Shown here piece by piece: positions 50,463 through 60,175 of a DNA stretch of 64,000 bases. The notes below the pieces were generated by a model, which was given only the letters and a program-made list of their open reading frames with translations, was not told the origin of the DNA and ran no database searches. Within the stretch, counting starts at the first letter, position 1. Every line of letters begins with the position of its first letter. Location of the stretch: positions 1-64,000 of the IMG/VR virus record IMGVR_UViG_3300028887_000085; one strand, 5' to 3'. This DNA comes from a virus. Taxonomy: Duplodnaviria; Caudoviricetes. Position numbers and translations under genes: made by a program.

Positions 50463-50532
50463 GCCGGACGAGGACGAGCGCAAGCCACAGGAGCGATACG
50501 CTGCAAGGGTTCGATTCCCTGGTCCGGCACCA
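50463..50532 (+). ncRNA. Minimal tRNA-like element ending in ACCA
   Basis: Acceptor GCCGGAC/GTCCGGC, T loop TTCGATT; no regular D or anticodon arm. Confidence 0.5.
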
Positions 50533-50800
50533 GAGGTTCCGCAAGGTATAAGAGCCGGGGATAAGTCCTCTCCCCGGACGGTGGGCAAACCGTGATTAAA
50601 CCCGTTTTTTCTCCCTCCTCTGACAAGGGGGCCTCCCGGATGACTCGGACACGCCGGGGTAAAAGGAAAGAGCCGGGTGCGCATGGGGCTACAGGGAACG
50701 CTCAGAAACCATGCAAGAAAAGTGAGCGCCGGAGGGTGTGTCTCCTGACCACACGACAATCGGAATAGACCGATGGACAGCCCGGAGAGACGGGCATTAT

Positions 50801-50919
50801 GCCGGGGTAGCTCAGTAGGTAGAGCGCCTGCCCGATGAAGGTGGAGCTGTCACCGTTCGATTCGGTGAGCGTTTAACACGCGATGGAGCCTTGCGTGGGT
50901 TCGAGTCCCACCCCCGGCA
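50801..50919 (+). ncRNA. Enlarged tRNA-like element with two T-loop arms
   Basis: GCCGGGG/CCCCGGC acceptor, canonical D arm, internal CACCG-TTCGATT-CGGTG, terminal GTGGG-TTCGAGT-CCCAC. Confidence 0.55.
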
Positions 50920-51372
50920 CAAACCCCGCAAGCGGCGGAGGAAGCGCGAGAAGCTGGATTCGTGTCTGCTATCCGGATAGCGGCGGCTTGTTAAGCCGTG
51001 AAACGCACGAGGGTCGGTGATAAGGCCAAGCGCGGCGGGGTGCAACGTCGGCAAGCAGGGGACATTAAATCCCTAGGCTACAGCGAGCGACGGGGACGTT
51101 CCTCGGTTCGCAAAAGTGGTGCAGGACCACACCGACGATAGCACCGGCAGACGTGCCGCCCGTGCGAGTCGGGCGCGAGGAGAGCGATAGATCGGCAGAA
51201 GATAAGTCCGAAGTTTGCGGGGAACGCCGATTCCTTTGCCCCGCAGTTCGGCACAATGGAGTCCACGCGGGACGGTCCCGCGAAGGTGTGCGAGAGTGGT
51301 TCGAGTCCGCTTGTCTCCTGGTTCGACTCCGGGGGGCGCATGGACTGCAATATCACCTTCCTCCATTTTTAC

Positions 51373-51446
51373 GCGGGTGTAGTTCAGAGGTAGAACACCA
51401 GCCTTCCAAGCTGGGAGCGCCGGTTCAAATCCGGTCACTCGCTCCA
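51373..51446 (+). tRNA. tRNA-Gly(TCC)
   Basis: Cloverleaf; loop CT-TCC-AA; 3' TCCA. Confidence 0.9.
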
Positions 51447-51964
51447 CGCCCGATTAGCTTCATCTATACAAAGCGTCCATAAAGAAGGACGGGATGAAGA
51501 CGGGCTTCCCCGTTCGACGGCGTACAACGACGGCGGGTGATGAATAGTGGCTGGCACCGGCCTGAGAATAGAAACGGATGCCACCCATGCGCGGGGGCAG
51601 GGCTGAAATGTTCCGTGGTGGAGAGGTCGTCCGAATCCGGCAAGCTCTGAGGGATATCGGAATGCGGAGAGGCAACGACGGGCAACGAATACGTGCGACC
51701 CGTGCGTGAGTAAGAGAACTGCCGGACGGGCGACCGATCCATTGTGTCGCAAAGGAGAGAAGAATCCAGTGGCAAAGAAATCAGCGCTTCCGGCGCTTGA
51801 ACCGTGCCCCGTCTGCGGGCGCGACGGTCAATCGAAAGACGTGATGCAGCCTTTCTCCCACGGTTGGGTCGGCTGCAAGGAATGCCAGAAGATCATCTAC
51901 TGGACGGGAAAAGGAAAACGGACGGCAGTTGACGCCTGGAACATAGGAGCAAGGAGAGAAGCAA

Positions 51965-52336
51965 ATGGGAACCGGAAATATTCAACCTGAAATCCAAGTC
52001 TTTGACAACGACCCGTTCGCAATGGTGTGGCAGGCGTACCGCAACCTTTATCCCGGTAGGCCGTGCCCGTCCGTCGAATGGTGCCATATCGACGATGCCG
52101 ACCCTGAGACCGGAAAAGCATGGGGATACACCGTATTCACCGACGACGGAGAGATCGCCGTTTTCGTCTCATGCGACATCAAGGTGCAGGACGCCGTGGA
52201 GATACTGGCTCATGAGCTGGCGCACGTCGCCGTCGGCGCGGAGGAAGATCACGGTGAGAAGTGGGAAGCGGCGTTTGAGGCAATCTTCCAGGAATACAAC
52301 CGGATCGGAGCGGAGCTGGCCGATGAAGAAGTGTGA
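51965..52336 (+). CDS. HExxH metallopeptidase-like protein
   Basis: ILAHELAHVAVG...HGEKW. Confidence 0.6.
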   Translation: MGTGNIQPEIQVFDNDPFAMVWQAYRNLYPGRPCPSVEWCHIDDADPETGKAWGYTVFTDDGEIAVFVSCDIKVQDAVEILAHELAHVAVGAEEDHGEKWEAAFEAIFQEYNRIGAELADEEV

Positions 52337-52601
52337 ATTCTGCCAAGGGGACGGATTCATCGAAGACGAATACGGCGAGTGGAAGCTGGAAGCGATGAGG
52401 ATAGTTCCGCTTTCACCGCAGTCCCCATATTGGGCGCTCTTCATGAAGTATCTAGACGAGGACTTCACGGCAGGAGAAAAAGCCAGCTTCCCCATCAAGT
52501 TCTGCCCCATGTGCGGGATGAGCCTGAGCGAGAACAAAGTCAACGTCCTGATGAACGCAGAAGAGATGGCGACCGCGCTGAGAAGGAGAAAAACAAAATG
52601 A
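52323..52601 (+). CDS. Hypothetical Zn-binding protein
   Basis: MKKCEFC...IKFCPMCG. Confidence 0.55.
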   Translation: MKKCEFCQGDGFIEDEYGEWKLEAMRIVPLSPQSPYWALFMKYLDEDFTAGEKASFPIKFCPMCGMSLSENKVNVLMNAEEMATALRRRKTK

Positions 52602-52963
52602 GCGGCTTATACATCAAGGGGATGAAGATGCCGGAGCCTGGAACGGTGCTGGATGTCAAAGTGTATAGCGATGGTCTTGTGACCGTGTGGGACAAAAAGA
52701 TTGGGTGGCTACATCATCATGCCATCCCCATCCCCGATGTGGTGGAGCGGCCCAGGTGGATTCCCGTGAAGGAGCGGTTGCCGGATGCCTACGAGGACGT
52801 GCTGCTTCAGTTCCCGAATAATCAGGCGGCGGGATTCTGCGACAGAGACGGCTGCTGGGGCGTTTATTCCGGTGACGGGTTCTATACCGAAGTTGCCAAC
52901 AACGAGCCGAAACCTACGCATTGGATGAAGAAACTGCCGGAGCCGCCAAAGGAGGAAACATGA
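52598..52963 (+). CDS. DUF551-like protein
   Basis: WIPVKERLP...THWM..LPEPP. Confidence 0.6.
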   Translation: MSGLYIKGMKMPEPGTVLDVKVYSDGLVTVWDKKIGWLHHHAIPIPDVVERPRWIPVKERLPDAYEDVLLQFPNNQAAGFCDRDGCWGVYSGDGFYTEVANNEPKPTHWMKKLPEPPKEET

Positions 52964-53322
52964 GCGTACTGATTAAGGGCATGGAGATGCCTGTCATCGA
53001 ACTTGAGTGGACAATACGGCACGGCGCTGACGGAAAATGGTACGCCATAGATACCAACGCCGAAACAACGGACGGAGAATGGCACGAAATCGTCCCCGTC
53101 CCGCCGCATGGGGATTTGATAGAACGCGACGCTGCCTATGACAAAATCGCGGAGCGGGAGGATCATATCGACTACTGCACTGAATGCGAGCACATCCGGC
53201 TTGTCCGTGGGGTTCCTTACTGCGGCATCAGCGGGAAACTCCTGCACCCCATGATGTATACGCCGATTGAGGGCGGCGGCAGCGGACCGGCACGGAACTG
53301 TGAGAAGCGGAGGAATACCTAG
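52960..53322 (+). CDS. Hypothetical protein
   Basis: MSVLIKGMEMP...VPPHGDLI. Confidence 0.55.
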   Translation: MSVLIKGMEMPVIELEWTIRHGADGKWYAIDTNAETTDGEWHEIVPVPPHGDLIERDAAYDKIAEREDHIDYCTECEHIRLVRGVPYCGISGKLLHPMMYTPIEGGGSGPARNCEKRRNT

Positions 53323-53323
53323 A

Positions 53324-54198
53324 ATGGCAATCATCACTTTCAAGGACGCGGACGGCGCGGAGCAGACTCTGGATACGGCGCAGAAGTTCAATACGGCGTA
53401 TCACGCGGATTGCCTTGAAGTCCTCCGTGCGATGCCAGATCAGTGCATCGACCTGATCGTGGCAGATCCCCCGTATGGGAGCGGCCTTACGGAAAACGGC
53501 GGATGTCAAGGGTGGTTTTCCAAATATCATCAAGACAGCACTGAGCACCGCAATCTGCGTGGCCGCTTCGACAAATACAACGACAGTTCACAAACTGTTA
53601 ATGTAGAGAGAGAGAGAGAGAGAGAAGCGCACCGGCGTACAACAGGTTCGGAAGTCCGGGAAGCAGATTTGAGAAGTACAAGCGTATCCCGGACGGGCGG
53701 GACACGGGCGGAGAAGTACGGAAAAAAATCATAGCGTGGGACGTGGCACCTGGAAAAGAAGTCTTCGACGAGCTTTTCCGCGTCTCACGCGAGCAGATCA
53801 TATGGGGCGGAAACTACTTTGAACTTCCACCGACGCGCTGTTTCCTGATCTGGAGAAAGCTGACAATCAGTGAAAGCTTCACGATGGCGATGGCTGAATA
53901 CGCCTGGACCAGCTTCAACGCGAACGCCAAGGTATTTGAATGCGCACCGCAGGGGAAGCCGGGCGACGATCGCTTCCATCCAACACAAAAGCCGATAGAC
54001 CTTTATCGCTGGATATACGGGCTGTTTGCGAAGCCTGGTATGACGGTCTTCGACCCTTTCCTCGGAAGCGGAAGCAGCCGCATAGCGGCGTATGAAGCGG
54101 GACTAAACTTCATCGGCTGCGAGATCGACCCGGTGTATTTTCGGAAACAGGAAGAGCGCTTCGAGCGCATGACGGATAACTACAGCATGTTCGACTAG
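53324..54198 (+). CDS. DNA N6A/N4C methyltransferase split over two frames (53324-53734 and -1 frame to 54198)
   Basis: DCLE..., DPPYG in the 5' part; HPTQKP and DPFLGSGS in the 3' part; (AG)10 tract and GGAAAAAAATC between them. Confidence 0.75.
53605..53624. repeat. (AG)10 microsatellite
   Basis: Ten AG units encoding ERERERE. Confidence 0.9.
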
Positions 54199-54201
54199 GG
54201 G

Positions 54202-54912
54202 GTGAAAACCATTATTAACGAAGCTATTTGCGGGGACTGCCTCTCCGGGATGAAAAGCCTTGCGGACAAGACTGTTGACCTCGCAATCGTTGACGCACCC
54301 TACGGTCGCAAAGAACACGGCGGGAAGTTCCGGGGACATTTCGTCCTGCAGAGGAATGGAGACCGTCTATATGTTTCCGACGCAGGTTACGAGAAAAAAG
54401 ACTGGGATTACGCTCCTGCGGGCGTGGAATACTTCCAGGAGATCATGCGCGTGTCAAAGGCACAGATTATTTGGGGGTGTAACTACTATCCCATCGTGTT
54501 CGGACCAGGCCGCATCATTTGGGACAAATGTAACGACGGATCGGATCAGTCGGACTGCGAGATCGCCTATAACTCGCTGACAGACCGCGTGGACATATTC
54601 CGGTATATGTGGCGCGGAATGATGCAGGGAAAGAGCATCGAAGAAGGAACCATTCAGCAAGGAAACAAAGCTCTCAACGAGAAGCGAATCCATCCATGCC
54701 AGAAACCCGTGAACCTTTACCGATGGATTCTTCGGACATACGCGAAAAAAGGATGGGTGATCCTTGACCCATTCCTGGGATCTGGAAGCTCACGAATCGC
54801 TGCATATGACTTTGGACTTGATTTCGTCGGTTTTGAGATCGACACAGCATATTATGCGGCGCAGGAAGAACGATTCAGAGCGTACACGGATCAGGCAAAC
54901 ATGTTCGTATGA
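54202..54912 (+). CDS. DNA methyltransferase (N6A/N4C, beta-like)
   Basis: DAPYG, HPCQKP, DPFLGSGS. Confidence 0.85.
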   Translation: MKTIINEAICGDCLSGMKSLADKTVDLAIVDAPYGRKEHGGKFRGHFVLQRNGDRLYVSDAGYEKKDWDYAPAGVEYFQEIMRVSKAQIIWGCNYYPIVFGPGRIIWDKCNDGSDQSDCEIAYNSLTDRVDIFRYMWRGMMQGKSIEEGTIQQGNKALNEKRIHPCQKPVNLYRWILRTYAKKGWVILDPFLGSGSSRIAAYDFGLDFVGFEIDTAYYAAQEERFRAYTDQANMFV

Positions 54913-54928
54913 AGAGAGGAGGCACAGC

Positions 54929-55846
54929 ATGGACGAGTTGGGAACTTGGGTGGCGATACCACGGGAAGAACCTCCTATGAAGAACATCTGTGTCAAAATC
55001 GGAGATGAAGGGCCGGACGGATCTATCATCAAAAACGGAGTTACCTTTACGTATCTCCAGCACGGCGACTGCCTGGAAGAAATGGCGAAACTCCCGGACG
55101 GAATCGTTGACATGGTGCTCTGCGACCTTCCTTATGGTCAGAGCAAGCTCCGCTGGGATAGCGTGATCCCCTTCGATCCGCTTTGGCAGCAGATCAACCG
55201 CGTCTCCAAGGAAAACGCAGCCGTCGCCCTCTTCGGCTCGGAACCATTCACCAGCGCTCTTATCATGAGTAATCCCAGGCAGTTCCGGCAAAAGCTGACG
55301 TGGCTCAAGACACGCCCCACGAACGTGTTTAACGCGAAGCGGCAGTTCATGAACTGGACGGAGGATATAGCGGTATTTTATCGCAAATCGCCCACCTTTC
55401 ACCCGCAGATGCGGACGGACGGTAAGTTTACCGGAGAGAAGAGGCAGCACACGCATACGGACCGTTCGGCGGGGATATTCCAGCAGACGGGAGAACGAGA
55501 GGGGTACGTCCACAAGGGAAACGGCGGTCTGTTTTACCCAAAGACCGTTCTGGAATTCTCCAATGTACACCACGGGAGTGAATGCTATCACCCAGTTCAA
55601 AAGCCGGTGGCACTTTTGGAATACCTTATCCGCACCTACACCAACCCCGGAGACTTGGTGCTGGATATGTGCATGGGTTCCGGAAGCACCGGCGTCGCTG
55701 CGGTTAGCACGGGCAGGAGCTTCGTTGGAATCGAGATCGACGAGGGGTACTACGAGACGGCAAAAAAGCGGATAGTGGAGAGGATAAACGGATCATGGAA
55801 CGTATCGAATTTGGATATAACCACGGTTTCACGCGGGGAATCCTGA
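54929..55846 (+). CDS. DNA methyltransferase (N6A/N4C, beta-like)
   Basis: CDLPYG, HPVQKP, DMCMGSGS. Confidence 0.85.
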   Translation: MDELGTWVAIPREEPPMKNICVKIGDEGPDGSIIKNGVTFTYLQHGDCLEEMAKLPDGIVDMVLCDLPYGQSKLRWDSVIPFDPLWQQINRVSKENAAVALFGSEPFTSALIMSNPRQFRQKLTWLKTRPTNVFNAKRQFMNWTEDIAVFYRKSPTFHPQMRTDGKFTGEKRQHTHTDRSAGIFQQTGEREGYVHKGNGGLFYPKTVLEFSNVHHGSECYHPVQKPVALLEYLIRTYTNPGDLVLDMCMGSGSTGVAAVSTGRSFVGIEIDEGYYETAKKRIVERINGSWNVSNLDITTVSRGES

Positions 55847-56034
55847 AAGTCAAGGAGCAGATCGACCGGAACATGGCCGATGACCTCAAACGGAATAAGG
55901 TTCGATTCAACGTGAAGTCGCTCGGAGAAATGCTTGACTGCATGATCGAAAACCGAGAACTGCTGCGGGACGACCCGCGAGCTTTCCTCCGATGTAAGAA
56001 AGGCGGCGGCTTTGAAGTCGTGATAGGGAAATAG
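55795..56034 (+). CDS. Hypothetical protein
   Basis: 79 aa with RBS. Confidence 0.5.
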   Translation: MERIEFGYNHGFTRGILKVKEQIDRNMADDLKRNKVRFNVKSLGEMLDCMIENRELLRDDPRAFLRCKKGGGFEVVIGK

Positions 56035-56049
56035 GGAGGATGATGTGAA

Positions 56050-56529
56050 ATGGGAAGCGTAGTTGACTCCTACTGTAAAGGCTGTAGGTATCTCGGAACG
56101 GTGTCCGGCGGAAAGAACTGCAACTATACCTACATCACCGGACACTCACGCGGCTGCCCAGCCGGTAAAGGCTGCATCCATCATACGAATCCTAAAGCTG
56201 TAGCCAGCTTCACGGAGAATCCCAAAGAGCCGAAGCCCTTGTATACGGAAAAGAAAAACAAGCGTCCCCCAGCGAGAAGCCCGGAGGAAGCCTACGAGCG
56301 AGAGAAAGAGCGGCGCAGGGAAGCCTCAAGGGAATTCCGTGAAAGGGCGCACGGCAGGCAGAAGGCCGTCATACTCGCCTACAAGGCGCAGACCGGTGAC
56401 AGCAACTACGAGATATCGAAGAAAATCGGAATCAGCGAAAGCTCGATCCAGAAGTGGATCACGGAATACAAGCCCGCCAACTGGGAGAAGCTGGCGATCA
56501 TAGGCGTTATGAAGCCGGAGGGACTTTGA
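56050..56529 (+). CDS. Cys-rich protein with C-terminal HTH
   Basis: CKGCRY...CNY...GC; SNYEISKKIGISESSIQKW. Confidence 0.6.
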   Translation: MGSVVDSYCKGCRYLGTVSGGKNCNYTYITGHSRGCPAGKGCIHHTNPKAVASFTENPKEPKPLYTEKKNKRPPARSPEEAYEREKERRREASREFRERAHGRQKAVILAYKAQTGDSNYEISKKIGISESSIQKWITEYKPANWEKLAIIGVMKPEGL

Positions 56530-56530
56530 A

Positions 56531-57235
56531 ATGAAGCCAATTTATGAACCGAAAGGCGCAGCGAAGGAATACGGGGATTATGCCCTGAACATATACACAG
56601 GATGCCCCCACCGCTGCTATTACTGCTTCGCCCCCGGCGTCCTGCACCGGGATAAAGAGCAGTTCCACAGCCATGTGGAGCCGAGACCTGGAATCGTGGA
56701 CGAGACGAGGAAGCAGATCGAGAGAGAGCATATCACCGGGAAGCTCATTCATCTGTGCTTTGCTTGCGATCCATACCCCACTGGCTACGACAGCACACCC
56801 ACGAGAGAGATCATAAAGCTCCTGAAAGAAAGCGGGAATCACGTCCAGATTCTCACGAAAGGGGACGGTAGCCGGGACTTCGACCTGCTGGACGGAGAGG
56901 ATTGGTACGGTATAACGATCACCGGAAATGCGGTAAGCAAGAATGTGGAGCCAGGAGCAATAAACGCACATAAACGGCTCGCCATCCTCAATATCGCAAA
57001 GCTGCTCGGCATCAAAACATGGGTGAGTTTTGAACCAGTAGTAAATGCGGTTTCGGTGTTGCGTTGCATTAGCGGGTATCACACGTCTTTTGACCTCGTG
57101 AAGATCGGGAAGCTCAACTACCATCCGTCAAACATCAACTGGAAAGAGTTTGGGCAAGAGTCGGAGGCACTATGCCAGAGGGTAGGAGTCGACTACTACA
57201 TCAAGGAAAGTCTGCGGAAGGAGATGGAGAAGTGA
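56531..57235 (+). CDS. Radical SAM protein
   Basis: GCPHRCYYC (CxxxCxxC); CDPYP; ILTK; WVSFEP. Confidence 0.85.
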   Translation: MKPIYEPKGAAKEYGDYALNIYTGCPHRCYYCFAPGVLHRDKEQFHSHVEPRPGIVDETRKQIEREHITGKLIHLCFACDPYPTGYDSTPTREIIKLLKESGNHVQILTKGDGSRDFDLLDGEDWYGITITGNAVSKNVEPGAINAHKRLAILNIAKLLGIKTWVSFEPVVNAVSVLRCISGYHTSFDLVKIGKLNYHPSNINWKEFGQESEALCQRVGVDYYIKESLRKEMEK

Positions 57236-57416
57236 AAGATATACCGCAGAACAACGTGGAACGGTCATACGATACAATCTCCAAGGTAGCAGACATGCTG
57301 GCGCTTTCTGGAGACGATAGTTCTGCGACCGTTGTCCTCCTTGGAGATATCGCCGTCAGTCTGGCCGTGATTGCGGACACTTTGATAGAAACTCTCAATA
57401 AGGGCGGTGAATCCGA

Positions 57417-57719
57417 ATGAGCATCTACATCCCGAAATACAAAGACATAGACGCAACTGTCATGCCGAATTGCCTCTGCGGAGATTCCGGAAAGAACCGC
57501 AACGAACGCGAGTGCAATAGGCGGGGAGGCTGCGCCGGGTGCGGCTTCGACAAGGCGGAGCACCAACGGAGGCTGATGCTCATACAGAGCGTCGGGCTGC
57601 GCCCCATCAGCGAGAAGCAGAAGAAAACGCTGAGGATCGAGTGGGGCATGAACACGAACCGCGACCTAGTGGGACTTCGTGTAGGGAAGAAAAGAGCAAG
57701 AAAAATAGAGTCCGGTTGA
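57417..57719 (+). CDS. Hypothetical protein
   Basis: 100 aa, Cys-rich; last gene before a terminator. Confidence 0.5.
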   Translation: MSIYIPKYKDIDATVMPNCLCGDSGKNRNERECNRRGGCAGCGFDKAEHQRRLMLIQSVGLRPISEKQKKTLRIEWGMNTNRDLVGLRVGKKRARKIESG

Positions 57720-57740
57720 CGCCGGACTCTTTCTTTTCTC
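57709..57740 (+). terminator. Intrinsic terminator
   Basis: AGAGTCCGG-TTGACG-CCGGACTCT-TTCTTTT. Confidence 0.65.
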
Positions 57741-57783
57741 GTGAATCAATGGTATGATACCACCGTACAAAAACGGACATTTT

Positions 57784-58085
57784 CACACCAAATCCTACAC
57801 CAAATGCCGAAATACACCAAGAATTACACCAAGAAATGTTTCTAAAATGTCCAATAATATCCGAATATGCAACGTCAAAAACGAGGGAAATCGAAGAACA
57901 AAAAACGCAAAAAAGTACCGGATTTCCCGCAATTCTACGAAAAACCCGGCACTTTTTACGGCCAAAGGTGACTCCCCGCACATGCCGTGTGAACCCTCTT
58001 ATAACCTGCACGAAATGCAGGAAGAAAGCACGATATATCGTCATCTACGGGGTGTTTACACCAAGAATTACACCAAATACACCAA
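57784..58085. other. Putative attP with integrase arm-type repeats
   Basis: (T/C)ACACCAA x4 at 57784-57832 and x3 at 58057-58085 flanking an AT-rich core, next to the 3' end of the integrase. Confidence 0.65.
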
Positions 58086-58209
58086 GGAAAATATCCGACA
58101 ATACCTCAGAATCAACAAGCGATTTTGTGGGAGTGTCATTCTTTCCTGTATCGTGGCGACTGCCCGTTTTCTTACTCTTGTGCAGGAAAATAAGCGCAGG
58201 TTAGAATGC

Positions 58210-59241
58210 CTACTTTTTCTCAGAAAAATAGTCGTCGATCTGTTTGTGCGCTCCGTCACGGAGGTTGTCGCGCAGGTGGGTGTAGATGCCCATGGTGGTC
58301 GTCGCATTCTTGTGACCGAGCTGGGCTTGGGCGGCTATCACCGGAACGCCAGCCTCGTACATGGCGGTTGCGTAGTAGTGCCGGAGCTGGTGGCAGGTGA
58401 TATCATGGCCGATGGCGGTGCAATACTTCTGCCACCGGTAGATGAAGTTGCCTTTATTCATATAGTTTTTTCCGTCGGGGCCGGGGAATACCGGCCCCGA
58501 TTTTTTGTTTGGCAGGATCTTATTGAGGGCTTCCGGGTAATAGACTTCTCGGACACCAGCTTCGGTCTTCGGTTCCTTTACCTCCGGAAAGTTTGGAGTG
58601 AACTGAATGGCGCGGCGGACATAGATAATCCGGCTTTTCCGGTCGATATCTTCGTAGCGCAGCGCCAGGGCTTCGCCACGGCGCAATCCGGTGTAATAAA
58701 GGGTGAGGGCAAAAGGACCCATCTCTTCTCCCGCAGACGCAAGGACGGCGGCAAGAGCGGCATCCTTCGGGACGTCACGACGCTGTACGGACAATCCCTT
58801 CGGCAGTGATATCACGGCAGACGTATTTACGGGAAGAATACCTAACAGAACTGCCCGCTTACACACCATGCGGATCACGGTAAGGTGGAGCTGCACCGTG
58901 CGCTTGGAATACTTCCTGCGAGCCATGCGATTGAGGAAGTTTTGCAGCTCCAGCGGGGTCACTTCTTCTGCGGGTATATCACCCAGCTCTTCCTTCAGAC
59001 GGCGGCAGGGCGCGACATAAGATTCCGCCGTCTTGAAAGCGGACTCGGCATCGTGCTCCGCCTGCCAGGCGTCGATCAGACTGCCGAACGTCACCGGCTT
59101 CGGCTTCTTCAGCTCTTCGATCCGCCGGAACAGCTTCTCCGGGTCTTTGTCGCAGACCGTATGCCACTTTCCATCGGAGTCCTTATACTTCCCCTGATAC
59201 GATCCGTCTTTCCTCAGCGTGAAGAGTTTGGCGTAATTCAT
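58210..59241 (-). CDS. int: Phage integrase (tyrosine recombinase)
   Basis: TGLRRGEALAL, PKT, HQLRH, QLGH...TMGIYTH. Confidence 0.9.
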   Translation of the reverse strand: MNYAKLFTLRKDGSYQGKYKDSDGKWHTVCDKDPEKLFRRIEELKKPKPVTFGSLIDAWQAEHDAESAFKTAESYVAPCRRLKEELGDIPAEEVTPLELQNFLNRMARRKYSKRTVQLHLTVIRMVCKRAVLLGILPVNTSAVISLPKGLSVQRRDVPKDAALAAVLASAGEEMGPFALTLYYTGLRRGEALALRYEDIDRKSRIIYVRRAIQFTPNFPEVKEPKTEAGVREVYYPEALNKILPNKKSGPVFPGPDGKNYMNKGNFIYRWQKYCTAIGHDITCHQLRHYYATAMYEAGVPVIAAQAQLGHKNATTTMGIYTHLRDNLRDGAHKQIDDYFSEKK

Positions 59242-59334
59242 CCGTTTCACCTCTCGTCGGTCGCAAATGCGTCTGTCCAATATATCGGACACCAGTATGT
59301 GCTATACTCAGTTTTAGAGTGAAAAATAAAGCGA

Positions 59335-59922
59335 TTACTCGGAATTAGACTGCTCCGATTTTCCACGCAATTCCGCCTGCAGCTTATCGTTTTTGGCAAT
59401 CAATTCGTTGATTTGTTTCCGCTGGTCCTGTATCCATTCGTCCTTTCGCTCCATGCGGGTGTCCTTTATGGCGATCTGCTCCTTACACAGTGCGATGGCA
59501 TCCTCATATTGGGCGCATATCCTGGCGTGATCTGCCTTGAGCTGGGCGATCTGGTCGCGCTGGACTTCGATCAGTTCTTCCTGCCGCTCGCAGACCTTCT
59601 CAAGTCCTTCTAGCCGGACCTGCGCGGTGATATTGTCGATCTCAGAAAAATCTTTGTCACCCAGCAACACCTTTTTGAGGGGACGGATCGTGCTGTCATA
59701 GTTAAATGTCTTGTTTTCACTTCCCTCCTTTAAGACACGACGGATGGAAGAATCAGACATAAATTCGCCGTTCTTTTCAAGAAGGATGAGGATTTGCTTT
59801 GGCTTCAGGCGGTTCGCTGCGGCAACTGCTTTGATTTCCAGAATGTCGCTTCGCATGTCATACTGCATCAAAAATATCAACTCCTGCTCACTCGTGACGG
59901 AATCTGACAGATTTTGAACCAT
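59335..59922 (-). CDS. Coiled-coil protein of the lysogeny module
   Basis: Long heptad-repeat C-terminus. Confidence 0.6.
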   Translation of the reverse strand: MVQNLSDSVTSEQELIFLMQYDMRSDILEIKAVAAANRLKPKQILILLEKNGEFMSDSSIRRVLKEGSENKTFNYDSTIRPLKKVLLGDKDFSEIDNITAQVRLEGLEKVCERQEELIEVQRDQIAQLKADHARICAQYEDAIALCKEQIAIKDTRMERKDEWIQDQRKQINELIAKNDKLQAELRGKSEQSNSE

Positions 59923-60175
59923 GAAAAACCCTCCTTGGCGAAACATGGAAATTGAATGATGTAATGCAATCCGTTAATATCAGACCATGAACCCAAGGCA
60001 AGGTGGGAGCGGTACGATGCTTGGCGGCTAGGCCGCTCCCGCTTTTATTGAATAATCGACGCCATTGTAAAAAACTTGGCGGAAGAGCCTCCTTCCGACC
60101 ACAAACGACAAAACATTCGCATATAATGCGATCAGAGGGAGTGAAATGAAATGAATAACGATAAACTCAACAATC

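Noticed and set aside
50430-51765. Firm GOLLD, ROOL or tmRNA assignment
   Set aside because: Diagnostic motifs could not be confirmed by eye; needs a covariance-model search
57754-58809. 351-aa plus-strand ORF
   Set aside because: Overlaps the attP repeats and lies antisense to the integrase
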